Assembly (NCBI GenBank): GCA_020062205.1 | Contig: JAGUWT010000248.1 | Span: forward strand, 1 to 44,534 | DNA length: 44,534 nucleotides | Direction: 5' to 3' | Origin: Thermodesulfovibrionales bacterium | GTDB taxonomy: Bacteria > Nitrospirota > Thermodesulfovibrionia > Thermodesulfovibrionales > SM23-35 | Part shown: piece by piece, positions 27,254-36,049 of the stretch | Position numbering within the stretch: the first letter of the stretch is position 1 | Layout: every line of letters begins with the position of its first letter | Position numbers and translations under genes: made by a program | Notes under the pieces: model-generated | Databases searched by the model: none | Told to the model about the DNA's origin: nothing | Seen by the model: the letters and a program-made list of their open reading frames with translations, nothing else

Positions 27254-27484
27254 TTATTTTATTGTTTTAAAGCCCGTTGCCGTTATTACATTCGAAAATA
27301 AAATTATTGCCATTAAACCAAAATCTGAAGGCGCCAATAGTCTTGCCAAAATTATGGCGCTTATAAAATTTAAACCTCTGGCGCATATCCCGGCTGCGGT
27401 TACCCAGATCACCCCTTTACTAACCTTGTGCGATAATGATCGGTTAATTCCGGGTGATAAATCAGCATTGATATATTCCGACAT
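27254..27484 (-). pseudogene. 5' stub (76 codons) of a Wzx/MOP-family flippase gene
   Basis: KGVIWVTAAGICARGLNFISAIILARLLAPSDFGLMAI is the typical Wzx N-terminus. A full protein would be over 400 aa. Confidence 0.5.
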
Positions 27485-27608
27485 CTATGTCATCTGTACT
27501 GGCATAAATTTATTTTCCAACAAAATCCCGGTGTAGAGGTATAGCTTTTTTAATACCAACAAAAGAGAGAATGAGCAAACTTCTTGCTCTTCTTTGTTTT
27601 ATCACTGC

Positions 27609-29681
27609 TTAGTCTTTTTTCTGTAAACCACTGATGCTTAAAACAAAACGTAATGGTCCGGGAACAGGCTGAACTTTACTTTCATCCATTTCGCCGCAGG
27701 AAAACATAAGACGACAAAAAAATGAAGGTAATGCTTCTTTATATACTATCATAGGCATTGCAGCACATACCGTCTGGTCATAGGAAACCGCAAGACCCTT
27801 CTCAGAATCACCTATTACAACAATGCCTTCTGTTGCACCTAATCCATGTGATGCTGTTACAATACTTGAGCCCGGTGCATCGTGAGATATAACCGAACCA
27901 GTCATTTTAAAAACCTCAAAATCATAACCACCATTATGTGTTGCATAGAACATATCTTTTCTTTCAAAAGATTCTGGCATGAGGGTTATCATTCCTGTTT
28001 TAAATGACCCGTGAGGAATGGTTTCCCATTCAAACATGATATCAATATCAATCTGAGGGATGTCTTTATAAACTGTAAACCTCTTTTTAACAGGTCCTGC
28101 ATCTGTAGTGACCATAACAGAACATCTTATCCATTCTCCAACATCGCCTGCCCCCCAATCAAGAATGGGCTGTGCATTTTTCAGGTCAGTTAACTGTGAT
28201 TTGCCAGATCGTTGCAATACAGTGTTTGCAGAATACCAGTCTGCACTTAATGAGACATCTCTGAAATAGCCATGTTGAATAGTACCCAATAAAGGTTTTG
28301 AGGAAATCTCAGGGAATATAAGACGTTGGATTGCAAGACCACGCTTGCAGTTGAAAACTACATCTACCGAGTGAGTAGTGATATGCAAAAAGCGTTTATC
28401 CTGTTTCATATTAAAACCTTCAATAGATGATGATACATTTATATTCTCACCCTGAACTTTTTTTACTTTGTAAATCCTACCTTGGAGTCCATTTGCAGAT
28501 ATGGTAGATTTATTGTTCAACAGTGAATATTCTGAGACATAGGTACTTCTCTTTAACTCTTTAGATTTATTCTCAATCTTTAGCAAGAATGACTCCCATC
28601 GCTCTGGTGTTATATGTGTCCGAAAATCACTGGACCACAGATAGCAAAGCTCCTTCTGAAGTTCGTCCAGCTTCTCTCTTGAAAACTCATGTTGTTTTGA
28701 CAGCCAAAGCACCTTGCTACATATTTCATAACATATCGTATTGATATGAACATTATTTCGTCCAGTAACTGCCCATCTCGTAATATTGTATTTCGGCTGT
28801 TTCTTAACAGGAATCGGCTGCACAGGTGATTCGAGAGATAAGGGAACATACGATTGCGGCACATCTGTTGATTCAAGAACATTGGATGGGAAAATAAGTC
28901 TGAAATTATTATTATCTCTTAATAAATGGTATAGTTCCTTAATTTTTGGCCATTCATGAAGTGTGTTTAATTCTGGTTCAGTTTTAAATCTTCCAGGACG
29001 GAAATCAAATATCTCAGCATCATTGCCGTATAAACAAAAATTACGGTCCTTTTTGCCAACAGGCACAAGAAGATATGAGAGAAAATCTTCTATATCTATA
29101 TCACCCTGTGCAGCCCGTTGAAATTTCTGAAAGGTTATAGAGTCATTCCATATAACAGGTATTTTATAACTGTTTGTACCAATTGCGAACTGCGGATAGT
29201 AACGATATTCTTCATTCCATTCAGGATGAAGTGTTCGTGGATTATTCCATTCCATAATTATCGCCTTTGCTCCGATTCTGACATAGTGTTCAACAATACC
29301 TGCTGAATACGCCTGTTCATTAACATACCAGAGGTCAGGCATAGAATGGAGCAGTTGCTCATATATTTCCTTTCCGATATTTAAGTTCCATTTATTAACC
29401 TGAGCGGGAACCAAAGGTGCTATAAGTTGTGAGTAACCAGAACCTATAAACTCAACGAACTTTGACTTTATGGCCTTTTGCAATTTAGCAATCCATGATG
29501 GATCTATGTCAGCAACTAACTCAAGGGTGTAAGCAGGTGATTCAATAGCGATAGGGATTTTATCTTCAGTTGCTAATCTCAGAAGCGGCCAAAAGCATCT
29601 CTGAATAACGTCTTTTCTCTTTGATTCAGGAATGGAAGAGTAGGCAAGATTAAGGTGAAAAATAGAATAAAGTTTTAGCAT
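27609..29681 (-). CDS. GH57-family-like protein with a ~340-aa uncharacterised C-terminal region
   Basis: 690 aa. The N-terminus FHLNLAYSSIPESKRKDVIQRCFWPLLRL..IPIAIESPAYTLE resembles the GH57 N-terminal catalytic barrel. I do not recognise the C-terminal half. Confidence 0.6.
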   Translation of the reverse strand: MLKLYSIFHLNLAYSSIPESKRKDVIQRCFWPLLRLATEDKIPIAIESPAYTLELVADIDPSWIAKLQKAIKSKFVEFIGSGYSQLIAPLVPAQVNKWNLNIGKEIYEQLLHSMPDLWYVNEQAYSAGIVEHYVRIGAKAIIMEWNNPRTLHPEWNEEYRYYPQFAIGTNSYKIPVIWNDSITFQKFQRAAQGDIDIEDFLSYLLVPVGKKDRNFCLYGNDAEIFDFRPGRFKTEPELNTLHEWPKIKELYHLLRDNNNFRLIFPSNVLESTDVPQSYVPLSLESPVQPIPVKKQPKYNITRWAVTGRNNVHINTICYEICSKVLWLSKQHEFSREKLDELQKELCYLWSSDFRTHITPERWESFLLKIENKSKELKRSTYVSEYSLLNNKSTISANGLQGRIYKVKKVQGENINVSSSIEGFNMKQDKRFLHITTHSVDVVFNCKRGLAIQRLIFPEISSKPLLGTIQHGYFRDVSLSADWYSANTVLQRSGKSQLTDLKNAQPILDWGAGDVGEWIRCSVMVTTDAGPVKKRFTVYKDIPQIDIDIMFEWETIPHGSFKTGMITLMPESFERKDMFYATHNGGYDFEVFKMTGSVISHDAPGSSIVTASHGLGATEGIVVIGDSEKGLAVSYDQTVCAAMPMIVYKEALPSFFCRLMFSCGEMDESKVQPVPGPLRFVLSISGLQKKD

Positions 29682-29683
29682 AT
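29595..29683. repeat. Copy A of a ~89-nt direct repeat (start codon region plus the first ~29 codons of the GH57-like gene)
   Basis: The 43 nt TAGGCAAGATTAAGGTGAAAAATAGAATAAAGTTTTAGCATAT are identical to ~30819-30861. A further ~46 nt match with about 11 mismatches. Confidence 0.75.
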
Positions 29684-29814
29684 TTTGATGAAACTATAGT
29701 TCTTTCACTGACTTATTTTAGAATTCGCAAGAATGCATTACCGATAATTCATGTTGTACTTTTAAAACTAATTCTTCGGGGTCTGGTCTTCGGTCTCCAC
29801 ATAAGCTATTAAAA

Positions 29815-30039
29815 TTAATAGCCTTTTTCAATCCATTCCTCTCTTGTTATACCCGCCTGTTTTAGTATCCTCATTAACAAATCTACACTTATCTTTTGCT
29901 TGTGAGGATTTGGAATAGTTAATCTTACATTACCCTTTATCATATATAAATGCTTACCCCCACTATATGGGCCTTCGAAACTAAAATCTCTGAGTCTTTT
30001 TACAAGATCATCATAAGAGACAGGGCTTAGTTTAGACAT
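29815..30039 (-). CDS. hicA: Type II toxin HicA-family mRNA interferase
   Basis: 74 aa. SYDDLVKRLRDFSFEGPYSGGKHLYMIKGNVRLTIPNPHKQKISVDLLMRILKQAGI. The ATG directly abuts the hicB stop. Confidence 0.8.
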   Translation of the reverse strand: MSKLSPVSYDDLVKRLRDFSFEGPYSGGKHLYMIKGNVRLTIPNPHKQKISVDLLMRILKQAGITREEWIEKGY

Positions 30040-30288
30040 TTATGCAATAGCTTCCTGTATCTCTTTTATCTCAAATTCTCCAAGCTTGGGAATTGAAATG
30101 CCCTTTTTTATACTTATCATTATCCAACCTTCAATTACTTCCTTAAGATTATTTCTGCATTCCTCAAGAGTCTTACCAGTAGCCCAAACACCTCCAAGCT
30201 CATCTATCTCTCCATAATATGGTTCCTTATCATCTATTATTTCATATCGAGCCCTTCTTAATGCTTCTTCAACGTATTCTATAATCAT
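30040..30288 (-). CDS. hicB: Type II antitoxin HicB-family (UPF0150)
   Basis: PYYGEIDELGGVWATGKTLEECRNNLKEVIEGWI. I prefer the start at MIIEYVEE (~30288), preceded by GGAGG. Confidence 0.75.
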   Translation of the reverse strand: MIIEYVEEALRRARYEIIDDKEPYYGEIDELGGVWATGKTLEECRNNLKEVIEGWIMISIKKGISIPKLGEFEIKEIQEAIA

Positions 30289-30316
30289 AATTAAATACCT
30301 CCATTTTATAATTATT

Positions 30317-30427
30317 TTAGCACATTGGGGGAACAAAAAAGGGTGAGTTAAACGCTATCTTATGTTTGGTTTCATTAGAGTTATCATAGGAATATATAAG
30401 AATATTGGTGTCAAAGAATATCTTCAC
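30317..30427 (-). pseudogene. Stub of a PIN-domain (VapC-like) toxin gene
   Basis: Hand translation from a GTG ~10 nt after the upstream small ORF gives VKIFFDTNILIYSYDNSNETKHKIA.., the PIN N-terminal DTN motif. It degenerates and stops after ~36 codons. Confidence 0.4.
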
Positions 30428-30436
30428 TTCTATGTT

Positions 30437-30652
30437 TTATTTATAGATCTCCTCTCTCTTAATGCGCACGTAACCAACATTTTTTCCTGTTTTCATCTCA
30501 TCTAACATTTCTTTGATAGCTGAGAAGTTTTTTTTGTCTTTTTTTATACTTACAATAACCTCCTGATTTTTCCAATCGCTAAGAAGATCATTTTCAAGCT
30601 CTATAATTCTATTGTCCTTTATTTTCCCTCGCAAAGTTATTGTTTTTTCCAT
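30437..30652 (-). CDS. Small protein, putative orphaned VapB-like antitoxin
   Basis: 71 aa. Assigned only from its position directly upstream of the PIN stub. No recognised motif. Confidence 0.35.
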   Translation of the reverse strand: MEKTITLRGKIKDNRIIELENDLLSDWKNQEVIVSIKKDKKNFSAIKEMLDEMKTGKNVGYVRIKREEIYK

Positions 30653-30772
30653 TGTTATTGTTCCCCCCTCTTTTTAATCGTATACCTTGCTCAAAAATAT
30701 TATAACACTTTTCATAACTCTAAGGACAAAGATAATATCTTCAATGATCTAAACCTTTAAAACGGTCAGAAA

Positions 30773-30861
30773 CATCTGTCGATTACTTCTTTTCTTTTTG
30801 ACTCAGGAATTGATGAATAGGCAAGATTAAGGTGAAAAATAGAATAAAGTTTTAGCATATA
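30773..30861 (-). pseudogene. Copy B of the direct repeat: duplicated 5' fragment of the GH57-like gene (30 codons, then a stop)
   Basis: Encodes MLKLYSIFHLNLAYSSIPESKRKEVIDRCF*, against MLKLYSIFHLNLAYSSIPESKRKDVIQRCFWPLL.. in the full gene. Its ATG lies a few nt after the stop of the upstream SDR gene. Confidence 0.75.
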
Positions 30862-30863
30862 TA

Positions 30864-31631
30864 CTATCCTAAGGGATTCCCACCAGCTGCAAGCCATCCC
30901 CCATCAACATAAAATGACTGTCCTGTAATATAATTTGATGCTTCAGAGGCTAAAAAAACGGTAATACCTACTAAATCATCTGGGACACCAACTCGTCCCA
31001 TAGGAATCAGTCTGATAAAACTATTCTTCACCTCCTCATTAGCAAAAATATCTTGCGTCATTTTAGTTAAAAACCTCCCAGGCCCGATACAATTAACATT
31101 GATATTAAATTTTGCCCATTCAACTGCAAGGGCCTTTGTCAATTGACGAATCGCGCCACGGCTTGCTACATACGCAGCTATATTTGGAATACCTATCTCC
31201 GCCGTGAGAGACGAGACCAATATGATCTTCCCTCTCCGTCTTGGTATCATATATTTTGCAGCCTCCTGACAACAGAAAAAAGTCCCTGAAAGATTTACCT
31301 TGAGTACACGTTCCCACTCATCACAAGTGAACTCAACTGCAGGCTTTCGAATCTGTATTCCAGCAGCAGTAATAAGTACATCAATACTGCCAAACCTATC
31401 AAATGAAGATTTCATAAGAAATTTGACTTGTTTATTATCTCCAACATCGGTTGGAACTATATGGACACGCGATGCCTCAATACCAATTTTTCCAGCAGCA
31501 TCCTCAAGTCTCCGTTTATCTCTGGAAGCAAGCACAATATTTGCCCCGGCTTTTCCAAGAGCCTGTGCCATTGCGAAACCGAGATCTCCGCTTGCCCCTG
31601 TAATTACTCCAACTTTTTCTTCAAGTAGCAT
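30864..31631 (-). CDS. Classical SDR oxidoreductase (FabG-like) with Y-x3-R in place of Y-x3-K
   Basis: 255 aa. VITGASGDLGFAMAQAL, LVSSLTAEIG and AAYVASRGAIRQLTKALAVEW. Confidence 0.8.
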   Translation of the reverse strand: MLLEEKVGVITGASGDLGFAMAQALGKAGANIVLASRDKRRLEDAAGKIGIEASRVHIVPTDVGDNKQVKFLMKSSFDRFGSIDVLITAAGIQIRKPAVEFTCDEWERVLKVNLSGTFFCCQEAAKYMIPRRRGKIILVSSLTAEIGIPNIAAYVASRGAIRQLTKALAVEWAKFNINVNCIGPGRFLTKMTQDIFANEEVKNSFIRLIPMGRVGVPDDLVGITVFLASEASNYITGQSFYVDGGWLAAGGNPLG

Positions 31632-31661
31632 TGTTTGTTTTTTTCATTATCAACTTACTCA

Positions 31662-32447
31662 TTATTCCTTAGTGTAATTTCCCCACCATGCGCTTTTGGT
31701 CCAGCCCCCATCAATTACTATCTGCTGTCCATTTATATGTTTTGCCTCATCAGAAACTAAAAAGGCAATCAATGCCGCTACATCCTCAACCACACCAATC
31801 CTTACGTTTGGGGTTCTACCAAGCATTCCTGTTTCAACATCAGGACTTTGTGACAGGAACCACGAAGTTCTTGGTGTCTTTATAGGCCCTGGAGCCACAG
31901 CATTCACAGTAATTCCATATCTACCCCACTCTACTGCCAATGCCCTCGTGAGACCTTCTACACCCGACTTCGCAGCATTATATGCAGCCCTATTAGGATA
32001 CGTTGCGATATTATGAAAACTGGTCATATTCACTATTCTTCCATATTTATTTCTAATCATAGTGGAACCAAAAGTTTTACAACTCAGAAAGACACCATCG
32101 AGGTCTATAGAAAGGAGGGACCTCCAATCATCAAAACTTAAGTCTTCTGTTTTTTTTGCTACTGCCGCTGCAGCTGCACATGTCACAAGAATATCAATTT
32201 TCCCCCATGCTTTAACAACTTTATCCCTAATCTCTACCAAAGAATCTTCGTCTCTTACATCACAATTATAGTAACTTGCTCTCTTAAAACTGGGGTCTAA
32301 TTTTTCAGTCACTGTTTTTACATTTTCAGCGGATTTGGCAATCAAAGCAACATTGGCATTTAACCTAAAAAGCATCTCAGCCGTTGCAGCGCCGATACCG
32401 CTGCCTGCTCCAGTAATAATAGCCACCTTGTTTGAAAAATCGAACAT
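31662..32447 (-). CDS. Classical SDR oxidoreductase
   Basis: 261 aa. IITGAGSGIGAATAEML and AAYNAAKSGVEGLTRALAVEW (canonical YxxxK). Confidence 0.85.
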   Translation of the reverse strand: MFDFSNKVAIITGAGSGIGAATAEMLFRLNANVALIAKSAENVKTVTEKLDPSFKRASYYNCDVRDEDSLVEIRDKVVKAWGKIDILVTCAAAAAVAKKTEDLSFDDWRSLLSIDLDGVFLSCKTFGSTMIRNKYGRIVNMTSFHNIATYPNRAAYNAAKSGVEGLTRALAVEWGRYGITVNAVAPGPIKTPRTSWFLSQSPDVETGMLGRTPNVRIGVVEDVAALIAFLVSDEAKHINGQQIVIDGGWTKSAWWGNYTKE

Positions 32448-32475
32448 TTAAACCCTCCCTCAAATTTAAATCGAA

Positions 32476-33366
32476 TTACTTTTCATAGATAAAGCATACA
32501 ATTTGTGTTGAACCATTATCCGTGTATTTTGCTAGATAATCAAAAGCACGTTTATAGGGTTGCGGAATAAGAGAAGAGGAAGCATTGGCCCCGAAACTCT
32601 TAGCTTCGGATAGAACAAATCCAGCATCATTAAAAAGTTTAACTAAGGATTCCCGTGTATAAAGGATCACATGCTCAAGAGGAAGAAAATGTTCCCATTC
32701 ACTCCCAAGCATTTCGGCTAAAATCCCGACCCTTGGTGTTTGTACTATAAATTTTCCGCCTTTTTTCAAATATGATTTTATATCCTGCAAAAACATCTGC
32801 GGATAGGAGATATGTTCCAACACATCCCACAGAAATATGTAATCGAAATGATCCATCTGGGTATCACTTAATATGTTGTAGCCCTTTCTAACAAACTCTT
32901 CGAGCAGGTCTTCTGCTATATCAAACCCATATAAGTCTTCTTTAAGACAGCCATGTAAAGTCAAAAAATCAAAAAAGAATCCATTTGCACATCCATAATC
33001 AAGAATCTTTTTATTATACAGCATCTCGATTGAAATCCCAGTATCCGATAGCGATAAATTATATTCATTAAAAATGATATTTTTATTCTCCTCATTATAT
33101 CTAAAAGCATGGGAGACTGTACCGGGGCTTTTTTTATTTCTGTAGTTTTGACGATAGTATTCATTTAGCTCCTGTTGCGCGGGAACCGGGAACATAAAAT
33201 AAGCACCGCATCTCTTGTTATTACACTTTAACCATGTGGATTCGTAATCTTCAAACCTTTTTGATATATGTTCCTCTGAGCACCAGGAATTACAAACAGG
33301 ACACGGCATGATTTCCGCTTTATACATGTCCTTCAATTCCATGTGTTTATCTAAATTTTTTCCCAT
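32476..33366 (-). CDS. SAM-dependent methyltransferase with an N-terminal Cys-rich (Zn-ribbon-like) segment
   Basis: 296 aa. CPVCNSWC..CNNKRCG, ILDYGCANGFF, FDYIFLWDVLEHI and LKKGGKFIVQTP. Confidence 0.75.
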   Translation of the reverse strand: MGKNLDKHMELKDMYKAEIMPCPVCNSWCSEEHISKRFEDYESTWLKCNNKRCGAYFMFPVPAQQELNEYYRQNYRNKKSPGTVSHAFRYNEENKNIIFNEYNLSLSDTGISIEMLYNKKILDYGCANGFFFDFLTLHGCLKEDLYGFDIAEDLLEEFVRKGYNILSDTQMDHFDYIFLWDVLEHISYPQMFLQDIKSYLKKGGKFIVQTPRVGILAEMLGSEWEHFLPLEHVILYTRESLVKLFNDAGFVLSEAKSFGANASSSLIPQPYKRAFDYLAKYTDNGSTQIVCFIYEK

Positions 33367-33920
33367 TCTTTTTTCTTAGCCAAGTATGCCCATATGTAAG
33401 AAACATGCACTCCTGGCTCACCAACCACCGGATGATAGCCCATAGGTATTGTACTCCAGCTGTGATCGCTTATTTGCCATACTCCATCTACAGAAGAACC
33501 GTTACACCAAACACCTCTGCCAACTTGAATTCCTTTTCGAGGGCCACCTTTTAAGATATAGAAAAAAACCTCCTCAAAACCTAATTCAGGGTTAAGCTCA
33601 AATAGATGGGGTAGACTTGACCAAGTTCCCTCTCCACGGTGTTTAGTAATCCCTAATCTCAAAAAGGGAGAAGGGCCATTAGGTTTTAGATAGTGATAAA
33701 CATCTCTTTGTATATTACCTTCTCCGACAACAATATGGTGAGATTCATTATTATCAGTAACAGTTGTTGCACCTTTCACCGAACAGATAACTTTGGCTAT
33801 GTCTCCCTCATGGATATGGACTTCTGCCCTTTCAAGTTTGGTTTCGAAAATTAAGATGTCGTTTTCACCACTAACTTTTAATGTGTCGAGTCTATTTTCA
33901 TTGTTCCACGGATATGACAT
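33351..33920 (-). CDS. Cupin-fold protein, KduI/IolB (5-deoxy-glucuronate isomerase)-like
   Basis: The C-terminal IPMGYHPVVGEPGVHVSYIWAYLA resembles the IolB GYHPV..PGY..YYLW motif. I prefer the start at MSYPWNN (~33920), preceded by GGAGGG. Confidence 0.5.
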   Translation of the reverse strand: MSYPWNNENRLDTLKVSGENDILIFETKLERAEVHIHEGDIAKVICSVKGATTVTDNNESHHIVVGEGNIQRDVYHYLKPNGPSPFLRLGITKHRGEGTWSSLPHLFELNPELGFEEVFFYILKGGPRKGIQVGRGVWCNGSSVDGVWQISDHSWSTIPMGYHPVVGEPGVHVSYIWAYLAKKKEWEKI

Positions 33921-35100
33921 ATTTTCCCTCCAATAAATTATTAAGTGCATTTTGAATCGATTGTTCCCTCTGAAAGTCGGAACCAAGTGCAAACTTTCTG
34001 CCTATACAATCTTTTGCTCCAGGGATAATTTGTGCAAGAACCGATGCAAACAAATTTTGGTTCTTATATTCAAAGTGGTTATGCCACAAATCTATATCCA
34101 ATTTTTTACCCAAAGATAAATTAATTACTCCGCCTATAAAATCCGCGCCCCTTGCGGGTGTACTTCCGGAACTATCCCATCCGCCGGACAACCTTGGTGT
34201 TATCTCGAGGATATAGGGACCTTTAGGAGTAAGCATAATATCTGCCTTAAGAATATGTCCTCCTTTTTCCTTATTCATTCCAATTGCTAATCCCGTCCGA
34301 TAAACTATGTCAAAAATTTCTTTTTTTGTATTATATGAATGAATCGCTGGATTAATATGTCCTAATTCTACTCCCCAGACAATATCTGAATAAATACTGG
34401 TGTTTAAACTATCAAAAAAAAGAAAATCTTTACGAAACAGCCTATCGACCCAGTTTAACCAGTACATTTTTCCGTTGTACCAGACTGTTTCTATAGATTG
34501 CTCTGCAATCTCATTTTCCACTGGATGTAAGGTTTCTTCAACAATAACCTGTCCGGTAGTGCCTGCTGATACTGCCCTCTCAAACACTTCATGGTTTAAT
34601 TCATCTATATCCTTTATTACAGAAAATCCTCTACTTCCTGAATTATTTGTTGATTTAAGAACAGCCTGGCCTCCGAGTCCTTGTATAAAAATCCTCGCTT
34701 CATCCAAGCTGCCAACATTTCTGAATTTTGGCTGTGGTATCCCTGAGTCTGATAATGTTTTTCTGCTTATATGCTTATACCGGCAGGCATGAGAAATCTT
34801 TGGACTAATAGTATGCAATTTTAATAATTTTCCTACATGGGCAACCGTCTCATGGCAATCTGCTGCAGCAGTGAAGACAGCCTTGATCTGATATTTCTTC
34901 TGGAGCCTCTCCACTGCCTTAATATTTCCCTTTATGTCAAATGTATCCATTTTAATCAGCTCATCGGCATATTTAGCGCAGGTGCAGTTTGGATTCATAT
35001 CGGTTATAATTAATTTATAACCCAGTTCAATAATTTTTCTTGCAGATATCTCCTGCATATCCCCACCTGCAAAAAGCCATATTGCCTTATCTTTTCTCAT
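33898..35100 (-). CDS. ATP-grasp family ligase
   Basis: 400 aa. GQAVLKSTNNSGSRGFSVIKDIDEL, VIVEETL and YILEITPRLSGG. Confidence 0.75.
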   Translation of the reverse strand: MRKDKAIWLFAGGDMQEISARKIIELGYKLIITDMNPNCTCAKYADELIKMDTFDIKGNIKAVERLQKKYQIKAVFTAAADCHETVAHVGKLLKLHTISPKISHACRYKHISRKTLSDSGIPQPKFRNVGSLDEARIFIQGLGGQAVLKSTNNSGSRGFSVIKDIDELNHEVFERAVSAGTTGQVIVEETLHPVENEIAEQSIETVWYNGKMYWLNWVDRLFRKDFLFFDSLNTSIYSDIVWGVELGHINPAIHSYNTKKEIFDIVYRTGLAIGMNKEKGGHILKADIMLTPKGPYILEITPRLSGGWDSSGSTPARGADFIGGVINLSLGKKLDIDLWHNHFEYKNQNLFASVLAQIIPGAKDCIGRKFALGSDFQREQSIQNALNNLLEGKYVISVEQ

Positions 35101-36028
35101 GCCGCTTTGACCTCTGCTCAGTTAGACCCTTTTTTTGTGCAAACATAACTATCTCACGCCCTATATTTTTACTCGCAAGGAATTGATATAACTCTCTCTT
35201 TAAACTATTAAGTCCGCCTCGCACAAGGTTTATCTCCAACTGTTTCCTTTTTGCATGACAGCCTCTCCCCAGCGAGTCATTTCCAATATAGTTATTTCCC
35301 ATTAATAGAAAAATATCTATCGGAAACATGGCTGACTGATGAACAACCTTGAAACCAACCTTATGAAGAAGACTTTCAAGGGAATCAAAGGTAAAATAGT
35401 TTATATGGTGGGGCGGTGCAAGCCAGTATGGTTGAAAACCGAGTTTTTCCCTCAAAACTCTCTGAAATGGATTGTAGTCGTTAGGCACAACAACACAAAT
35501 AATGCCGTCTTCATCTAAAAGGTCATATGCAGTCCTGCAAAGGCCTATCGGGTCAGGTATGTGTTCTAAAACCTCTGACATATGAATAACATCGAACCTT
35601 TCTCCCTTTTTCTCAGGCTCTATATCATTCAGAAAACAATTCAATACTTCTAATCCCTGTCCTCTTGCAAACTCTGCTGCCTGTCTTGAAGGTTCTATCC
35701 CAAGTCCTTTCCATCTCCTTTCTATCCCCCTTTTAAGAAAAAAACCTGGACCACAGCCAATGTCAAGTATCTTACGTCTGTTCTCTGGAAGGTTCTGCTC
35801 GAAGAAATCGTAGCGGTCGTCATAAACAACATTCCACCAATCTATATCCTCTAATTGTCTTTCGATAAACAGTGGCTTTTCAGTAGTGTAATATTCTTCC
35901 TTATATACCTTGTCCAATTCTTCTTGTGTAGGTATGGGATTTATGTGAATAAAACCGCAATTATTGCAGTCTATGACTTCATATCCGTTTATCGTATCGA
36001 TGACCGTACCTTTGTGCATATTTATCAC
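35087..36028 (-). CDS. SAM-dependent methyltransferase with an N-terminal Zn-ribbon-like segment
   Basis: 313 aa. CNNCGFIHINP, ILDIGCGPGFFL, FDVIHMSEVLEHI and DGIICVVVPN. Confidence 0.8.
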   Translation of the reverse strand: MINMHKGTVIDTINGYEVIDCNNCGFIHINPIPTQEELDKVYKEEYYTTEKPLFIERQLEDIDWWNVVYDDRYDFFEQNLPENRRKILDIGCGPGFFLKRGIERRWKGLGIEPSRQAAEFARGQGLEVLNCFLNDIEPEKKGERFDVIHMSEVLEHIPDPIGLCRTAYDLLDEDGIICVVVPNDYNPFQRVLREKLGFQPYWLAPPHHINYFTFDSLESLLHKVGFKVVHQSAMFPIDIFLLMGNNYIGNDSLGRGCHAKRKQLEINLVRGGLNSLKRELYQFLASKNIGREIVMFAQKKGLTEQRSKRHEKR

Positions 36029-36049
36029 TTATTTCTATATCGTCAATTT

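Noticed and set aside
27004-27484. The identical 231-nt length of the two gene stubs considered as evidence of a tandem duplication.
   Set aside because: The two translations are unrelated (a B12-binding-like and a Wzx-like N-terminus), so the equal length is most likely coincidence.
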